Shown piece after piece: positions 26,268 through 30,326 of a DNA stretch of 30,326 nucleotides. Origin of the DNA: Chitinophagaceae bacterium (lineage in GTDB: Bacteria; Bacteroidota; Bacteroidia; Chitinophagales; Chitinophagaceae); NCBI GenBank assembly GCA_044353325.1, contig JBILCF010000008.1, forward strand, positions 1 through 30,326, in the 5' to 3' direction. The position numbers and the translations under genes are program-made. Under the pieces are notes generated by a model. That model was given only the letters and a program-made list of their open reading frames with translations, searched no databases and was not told the origin of the DNA. Position 1 is the stretch's first letter. Every line of letters begins with the position of its first letter.

Positions 26268-26520
26268 TGTGGTTAATAAATCTTTGATTTTTCTCATTTA
26301 ACTCTGAAATATTTTTTGTTTTCTCTGTAATTAGCTTCTGCTTTCTCTGTGGTTAACAAATCTTTGATTTCTCTCATTTAACTCTGAAAAATTTAACTTT
26401 GTTTTCTCTGTGATTAACCTCTGCTTTCTTTGTGGTTAACAAATCTTTGATTTCTCTCATTTAACTCTGAAAAATTTAACTTTGTTCTCTCTGTGATTAG
26501 CCTCTGCTTTCTCTGTGGTC
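26268..26520. repeat. Tandem repeat, about 3.1 copies of an 80-83 bp unit
   Basis: Copies start at 26268, 26348, 26431 and 26514 (the last is partial). Copies 2 and 3 are identical at 80/83 positions. The unit contains sub-words TCTCTGTGGTTAA, TCTCTGTGATTA and TCATTTAACTCTGAAA. More degenerate material lies at about 26200-26267. Confidence 0.9.
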
Positions 26521-26527
26521 AATCAAA

Positions 26528-27946
26528 CTAGAATTTCACATATGGCAATAACCCATGTACACCTCCTTCTCTTCCAAATCCACTTTCTTTGTAACCACCA
26601 AATGGAGAAGTTGGATCAAATTTATTGTAGGTATTTGCCCAAATTACACCTGCTCTCAATTTAGTCGTTAAGTTGAAAATTTTACTGCCTTTATCCGTCC
26701 ACACACCAGCACTTAAACCATATGGAATATTATTTGCTTTTTCTATGACTTCTTCTATAGTTCTAAAAGTTTGAATCGTTAAAACAGGACCGAAAATTTC
26801 TTCTTTCACAATTCGATGGCTTTGTGAAGTCCCTATAAATAACGTTGGTTTGCAGAAAAATCCATTCAATGGAATTGCACATTCCGGTTGAAATATTTCA
26901 GCGCCTTCTTTTTGTCCAAGTTTGATGTAATGGTTTATTTTATCTAATTGTTCTTTACTATTGATAGCACCTATGTCTGTATTTTTATCCATAGGATCGC
27001 CCACTATCAAAGTCTTCATTCTATCTTTCAATTTCTTGATGACTTTTTCAGCTACATTTTCTTGAATAAATAATCTTGAACCTGCACAACATACATGACC
27101 TTGATTAAAGAAAATGCCATTTACAATTCCTTCTATAGCTTGATCAATTGGCGCATCATCAAAAATAATATTGGCCGCTTTTCCTCCTAATTCTAAAGTT
27201 ACTTTTTTAGTGGTTCCTGCAACTGCCTTTTGAATATATTTTCCAACAGGCGTACTTCCTGTAAAGGCAATTTTATTGACTTGTGGATGATTTACCAAAG
27301 CAGCACCACAATCTCCAAATCCTGTTACTATATTTACAACACCATCAGGCAAACCACTTTCTTGAATAATTTCTGCTAATTTCAAAGCTGTTAATGGTGT
27401 GCTTTCAGCAGGTTTTAAAACAACAGTGTTTCCTGTTGCCAATGCTGGTGCTAATTTCCAAGCAGCCATCAACAAGGGGAAATTCCAAGGAATAATTTGA
27501 CCCGCTACACCAATTGGTTTTGGATTTCTATTTGGAAAAGCATATTCTAATTTATCAGCCCAACCTGCATAATAGAAAAAATGATTAGCAGCTAAAGGCA
27601 CATCAATATCTCTACTTTCACGAATCGATTTTCCACCATTCATAGTTTCAATGACAGCAAATTCTCTTGCTCGTTCTTGAATCATTCGTGCAATTCTATA
27701 AATATATTTTGCTCGTTCTTTTGGATCTGTTTTGCTCCATGATTCAAATGCTTTATTGGCTGCTTTTACTGCTACATCAATATCTTTTTCATTTCCTTTT
27801 GCAACCGTTGCAATTTTTTTTCCTGTGGCAGGATTAATGGTATCGTAGTATTCCTTGCTTAATGGCTTTACAAATTTTCCATTAATGAATAAATCATATT
27901 TCGATTTTAATTGAATATGATCTGATGATTCTGGAGCTGGAGCCAT
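26528..27946 (-). CDS. NAD(P)-dependent aldehyde dehydrogenase
   Basis: Catalytic motifs LELGGKA and FFNQGHVCCAGSRL, plus the NAD-binding segment GSTPVGK. I chose the start at the ATG at 27946 (MAPAPESS..., 472 aa). The track ORF extends to 28132, but only through the 39-bp tandem repeats. Confidence 0.88.
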   Translation of the reverse strand: MAPAPESSDHIQLKSKYDLFINGKFVKPLSKEYYDTINPATGKKIATVAKGNEKDIDVAVKAANKAFESWSKTDPKERAKYIYRIARMIQERAREFAVIETMNGGKSIRESRDIDVPLAANHFFYYAGWADKLEYAFPNRNPKPIGVAGQIIPWNFPLLMAAWKLAPALATGNTVVLKPAESTPLTALKLAEIIQESGLPDGVVNIVTGFGDCGAALVNHPQVNKIAFTGSTPVGKYIQKAVAGTTKKVTLELGGKAANIIFDDAPIDQAIEGIVNGIFFNQGHVCCAGSRLFIQENVAEKVIKKLKDRMKTLIVGDPMDKNTDIGAINSKEQLDKINHYIKLGQKEGAEIFQPECAIPLNGFFCKPTLFIGTSQSHRIVKEEIFGPVLTIQTFRTIEEVIEKANNIPYGLSAGVWTDKGSKIFNLTTKLRAGVIWANTYNKFDPTSPFGGYKESGFGREGGVHGLLPYVKF

Positions 27947-27971
27947 TGATGAAAATATCCCCACAGTTTTT

Positions 27972-28088
27972 TTAGCCACTGATGACTCAGATGACACAGA
28001 TGCGATACGTTTAGCCACTGATGACTTAGATGGCACAGATGCTATACGTTTAGCCACAGATGGTGGAGATTTCACAGATGTTTGACGC
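27972..28088. repeat. Tandem repeat, 3 x 39 bp
   Basis: Units at 27972-28010, 28011-28049 (36/39 identical to unit 1) and 28050-28088 (degenerate). The unit is TTAGCCACTGATGACTCAGATGACACAGATGCGATACGT. Confidence 0.9.
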
Positions 28089-28140
28089 TTTTCTTTAGTT
28101 ACTTGTTTTATTTTTGAAATTGATTTACTCATAAATATTT

Positions 28141-28569
28141 TTATAAAATGACTCTTTTAAATGTTAATTTATCTTCTCCAAAGTTGATGATTAAACCAAT
28201 AGGATTTTTTGATGCTGCTAAATAATTTATTGTTTGTTTAAAATGACTATCTATTACATCTTTTGTTGCTTTAATTTCTAAAATTATTTTATCAAAAACT
28301 ACAAAGTCTGCTCTATAACTATGTTGTAATACAATATCTTTATAATTAATTTGATAGCATTGTTCTCTGCTAAATGTAATGTTTTGTAATTGAAATTCGT
28401 GTTCTAATGCATCTTTATATACCACTTCTGCAAAGCCTCTGCCCAACTGATTATGTACCTCCATACAAGCACCAATAATTTTAAAAGTTTCTTGTTGCAA
28501 AGGAAATTTGATAGTAGAATATCCTACATATGATTCTTCAACAACATTCATATTTTCAAAACTATTCAT
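28141..28569 (-). CDS. GxxExxY protein (PD-(D/E)XK fold)
   Basis: It has GFAEVVY (GxxExxY), RADFVV...LEIK and GLIINFG...FKRVIL. I chose the ATG at 28569; the track start at 28572 is a TTG. An internal Met (MNVVEE) could also be the start. Confidence 0.85.
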   Translation of the reverse strand: MNSFENMNVVEESYVGYSTIKFPLQQETFKIIGACMEVHNQLGRGFAEVVYKDALEHEFQLQNITFSREQCYQINYKDIVLQHSYRADFVVFDKIILEIKATKDVIDSHFKQTINYLAASKNPIGLIINFGEDKLTFKRVIL

Positions 28570-28605
28570 CAATTTCTTTTTACTAAATTAAATTAATCGG
28601 CTGTT

Positions 28606-28636
28606 CATCTGTGCTATCTGAGTCATCTTTGGCTAG
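28606..28636. repeat. Inverted repeat arm C-right (overlaps the deoC stop codon)
   Basis: The reverse complement of CATCTGTGCTATCTGAGTCATCTTTGGCTAG is CTAGCCAAAGATGACTCAGATAGCACAGATG. This compares with TTAGCCACTGATGACTCAGATGACACAGATG in the 39-bp unit. Confidence 0.8.
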
Positions 28637-29520
28637 TCTTTACTTATATAATCTCCACTATAATAAACCCCCATTTTCTCTTTCCCCAATTGCAACAAAA
28701 TATCATTGGCTAGGCTACTAGCTCCAAATCGAAACCACTCATTCGTCATCCATTTTTCACCTAAAGTTTCATATAGCATGACTAAATATTGTAATGCTGA
28801 TTTTGATGTCGAAATTCCCCCAGCTGGTTTCATGCCTATCATGATACCAGTTTCATCATAATAATCTTTAATGGCTTGCAACATTACTAATGTCACTGGC
28901 ATAGTCGCAGCTGGTTGTATTTTACCTGTAGATGTTTTAATGAAATCAGCACCAGCAAAAATAGCAATATCACTTGCTTTTCGCACATTATCTAATGTCG
29001 ACAATTCGCCAGTTTCTAAAATGACTTTTAATCGAGCTACACCACATGCTTCTTTAATAGCAGCGATTTCATCATACACAAAATTATAATTTCCTGATAA
29101 AAATTCTCCCCTACTGATAACCATGTCAACTTCATCTGCACCACTATTGACTGCAATTTTTACATCTTCTAATTTTATTTTTCTCGATGAATTTCCACTA
29201 GGAAAAGCTGTGGCAACTGATGCTACTTTTACGTTTGAATTTTCTAAAGCTTTTTTGGCTGTTTTCACATGATTAGGATATACGCATACTGCCGCTACCG
29301 TTGGCAAGCCTTCAATATCGTCTGCTAAGTGCATCGCTTTGTAGCACATTTGTTTGACTTTTCCTGCGGTGTCTTTTCCTTCTAATGTAGTTAAATCAAT
29401 CATGTTTAAGGCTAATAACATGCCTTGAATTTTACTTTCTTTTTTAATACTTCGGGTATTGAACCTTGCCACTCGTTCTTCTACACCTACTTGATCTATA
29501 GTCACGTTTGAAAACTTCAT
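28633..29520 (-). CDS. deoC: Deoxyribose-phosphate aldolase (long DeoC type)
   Basis: 295 aa. It has a class I aldolase TIM barrel with the Schiff-base lysine context GADFIKTSTGK, plus VCVYP and EVDMVI segments. Confidence 0.85.
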   Translation of the reverse strand: MKFSNVTIDQVGVEERVARFNTRSIKKESKIQGMLLALNMIDLTTLEGKDTAGKVKQMCYKAMHLADDIEGLPTVAAVCVYPNHVKTAKKALENSNVKVASVATAFPSGNSSRKIKLEDVKIAVNSGADEVDMVISRGEFLSGNYNFVYDEIAAIKEACGVARLKVILETGELSTLDNVRKASDIAIFAGADFIKTSTGKIQPAATMPVTLVMLQAIKDYYDETGIMIGMKPAGGISTSKSALQYLVMLYETLGEKWMTNEWFRFGASSLANDILLQLGKEKMGVYYSGDYISKD

Positions 29521-29576
29521 ATCTCAAAAGTACACGATTTGTCACTTAGTTACAAAGCAAAAACTATTTTTAAGTG

Positions 29577-30326
29577 TTATTTTAATATATCCAAAATTTG
29601 AAACATACTAAGTTTTACTTCTTTGGGTTTGCATGTATAATCATTGATGATAAATGCAAAACATGCTTCAGTACTATCTTTCATTTTTATATACCCAGCA
29701 TAAGAACGTGTTCCGCCAATATAGCCACTCTTCATTCTCAATCCATTGATGGAGGGTAGACTTTCAAAAAAGGTAGGATAATAGGATTCTTTACTGTAAT
29801 GGTGTAAAAGCTGGGCCATAATACTGGTCGTAATTCTATTTTCTGGGGCTAGACCGCTTGCATCCAATAACTTAACGCTATTCATATTGATGTTTAGCGA
29901 TTTAGCATATGAAATCATAGCGTTAAGACCTGCTAACCAATTCCCTTTCACAAGCGTGCGTGGAAATAAATAAGGCGTATCTTGTTTACTTTTCAATGAC
30001 ATTGTTTTACAAAATGCTTCTGCATAGAGATTTAAACTTTTTTGGTTGCACCAATAAACAAGTTGTTTTAAAGTTGGCGAAAAATGGCTCACAACAGATA
30101 TTTGTTTAGCTTCAATTTGTTTTGACGAAGGCTCTAATTTGAATTCTTTTTGAAGGTATTCAGTCAATTCTTTTTGAAAATCTTGATCAGGATATAGTCT
30201 TGCTAATTGCATGTTGTTTACTTTTTCAGTATTTGACAATACACCCCTAATTACATATTTACAAGTTTTATCTTTTTCAACGAATGCATACGCTTCTTCT
30301 GTTGTAGCACCCTCTTTGTGTTTCAA
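29577..30326 (-). CDS. dacB: D-alanyl-D-alanine carboxypeptidase/endopeptidase (PBP4, peptidase S13); N-terminus lies outside the window
   Basis: 249 aa C-terminal fragment. It has a K(S/T)G-type motif (MKSGYIGGTRSYAGY) and an LDASGL segment typical of PBP4. The ORF is open to the window edge. Confidence 0.7.
   Translation of the reverse strand: MKHKEGATTEEAYAFVEKDKTCKYVIRGVLSNTEKVNNMQLARLYPDQDFQKELTEYLQKEFKLEPSSKQIEAKQISVVSHFSPTLKQLVYWCNQKSLNLYAEAFCKTMSLKSKQDTPYLFPRTLVKGNWLAGLNAMISYAKSLNINMNSVKLLDASGLAPENRITTSIMAQLLHHYSKESYYPTFFESLPSINGLRMKSGYIGGTRSYAGYIKMKDSTEACFAFIINDYTCKPKEVKLSMFQILDILK

Larger units (their letters stand above)
25691..26520 (-). mobile_element. Candidate inverted-repeat-bounded GxxExxY cassette B
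   Basis: A single ~88-bp arm (25691-25778) is an inverted copy of the 80-83-bp unit that repeats about 3.1 times at 26268-26520. One GxxExxY ORF lies between them. Mobility is hypothetical. Confidence 0.35.
27972..28636 (-). mobile_element. Candidate inverted-repeat-bounded GxxExxY cassette C
   Basis: Three tandem 39-bp units (27972-28088) on one side, and a 31-bp inverted copy (28606-28636, 26/31 complementary to unit 1) on the other. One GxxExxY ORF lies between them. Mobility is hypothetical. Confidence 0.35.

Noticed and set aside
26171-26527. Possible CRISPR array, given regularly spaced short repeats (TCTCTGTGGTTAA / TCTCTGTGATTA).
   Set aside because: The sequences between the short repeats are themselves repeated, so the true unit is an 80-83 bp tandem repeat. 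There are no unique spacers, only about 3 copies, and no cas genes in the window.
27979-28024. CTGATGA motifs in the 39-bp repeats (27979-27985 and 28018-28024) as hammerhead ribozyme cores.
   Set aside because: The motif lies on the strand opposite to the genes. I could not find the accompanying GAAA element, the cleavage-site triplet or three consistent helices, so it is most likely coincidental word content.
26528-28132. The 534-aa form of the aldehyde dehydrogenase as the real protein.
   Set aside because: The extra 62 N-terminal residues are a translation of the 3 x 39-bp repeat. An internal ATG at 27946 gives a canonical-length ALDH that starts at the conserved N-terminus.
1-30326. tRNA, rRNA, tmRNA or RNase P genes in the intergenic spacers.
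   Set aside because: No spacer shows the GC-rich cloverleaf or conserved-box character of these RNAs on visual inspection. An Infernal or tRNAscan run would be needed to exclude small ncRNAs formally.

Overview
Low-GC chromosomal core region that looks Bacteroidota. Supporting signs are a T9SS C-terminal sorting domain, the uppS-bamA-skp-skp cluster, hemD-DUF4271 synteny and TAnnTTTG-type -7 boxes. It is densely packed with housekeeping genes: a Kv-beta-like aldo/keto reductase (5' partial), recO, a PorZ-like T9SS propeller protein, an RND/MMPL transporter, smpB, a class V PLP enzyme, a GT4 glycosyltransferase, dnaA, a split 5'-nucleotidase pair, a DUF3127 protein, a BamB-like lipoprotein, uppS, bamA, two skp/ompH genes, hemD, DUF4271, parC, a deoC-ALDH-ALDH operon and a partial PBP4/dacB. 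I found no rRNA, tRNA or CRISPR array. The part that ordinary annotation does not explain is three paralogous GxxExxY (PD-(D/E)XK, PDDEXK_3-type) genes, all on the minus strand. Each is bracketed by its own inverted repeats built from short CAC(A/G)GA-type words, and in two cases one arm is amplified into a 3-copy tandem array. Two of these cassettes fill both intergenic junctions of the deoC-ALDH-ALDH operon, and the third lies just downstream of dnaA. I interpret them as selfish or IVS-like or REPtron-like cassettes; this is a hypothesis, not something the sequence proves. Secondary observations are an SSB-type C-terminal tip (DDLPF) on the DUF3127 protein, a truncated ALDH paralog lacking catalytic motifs, and a repeat-derived spurious N-terminal extension on the ALDH ORF.
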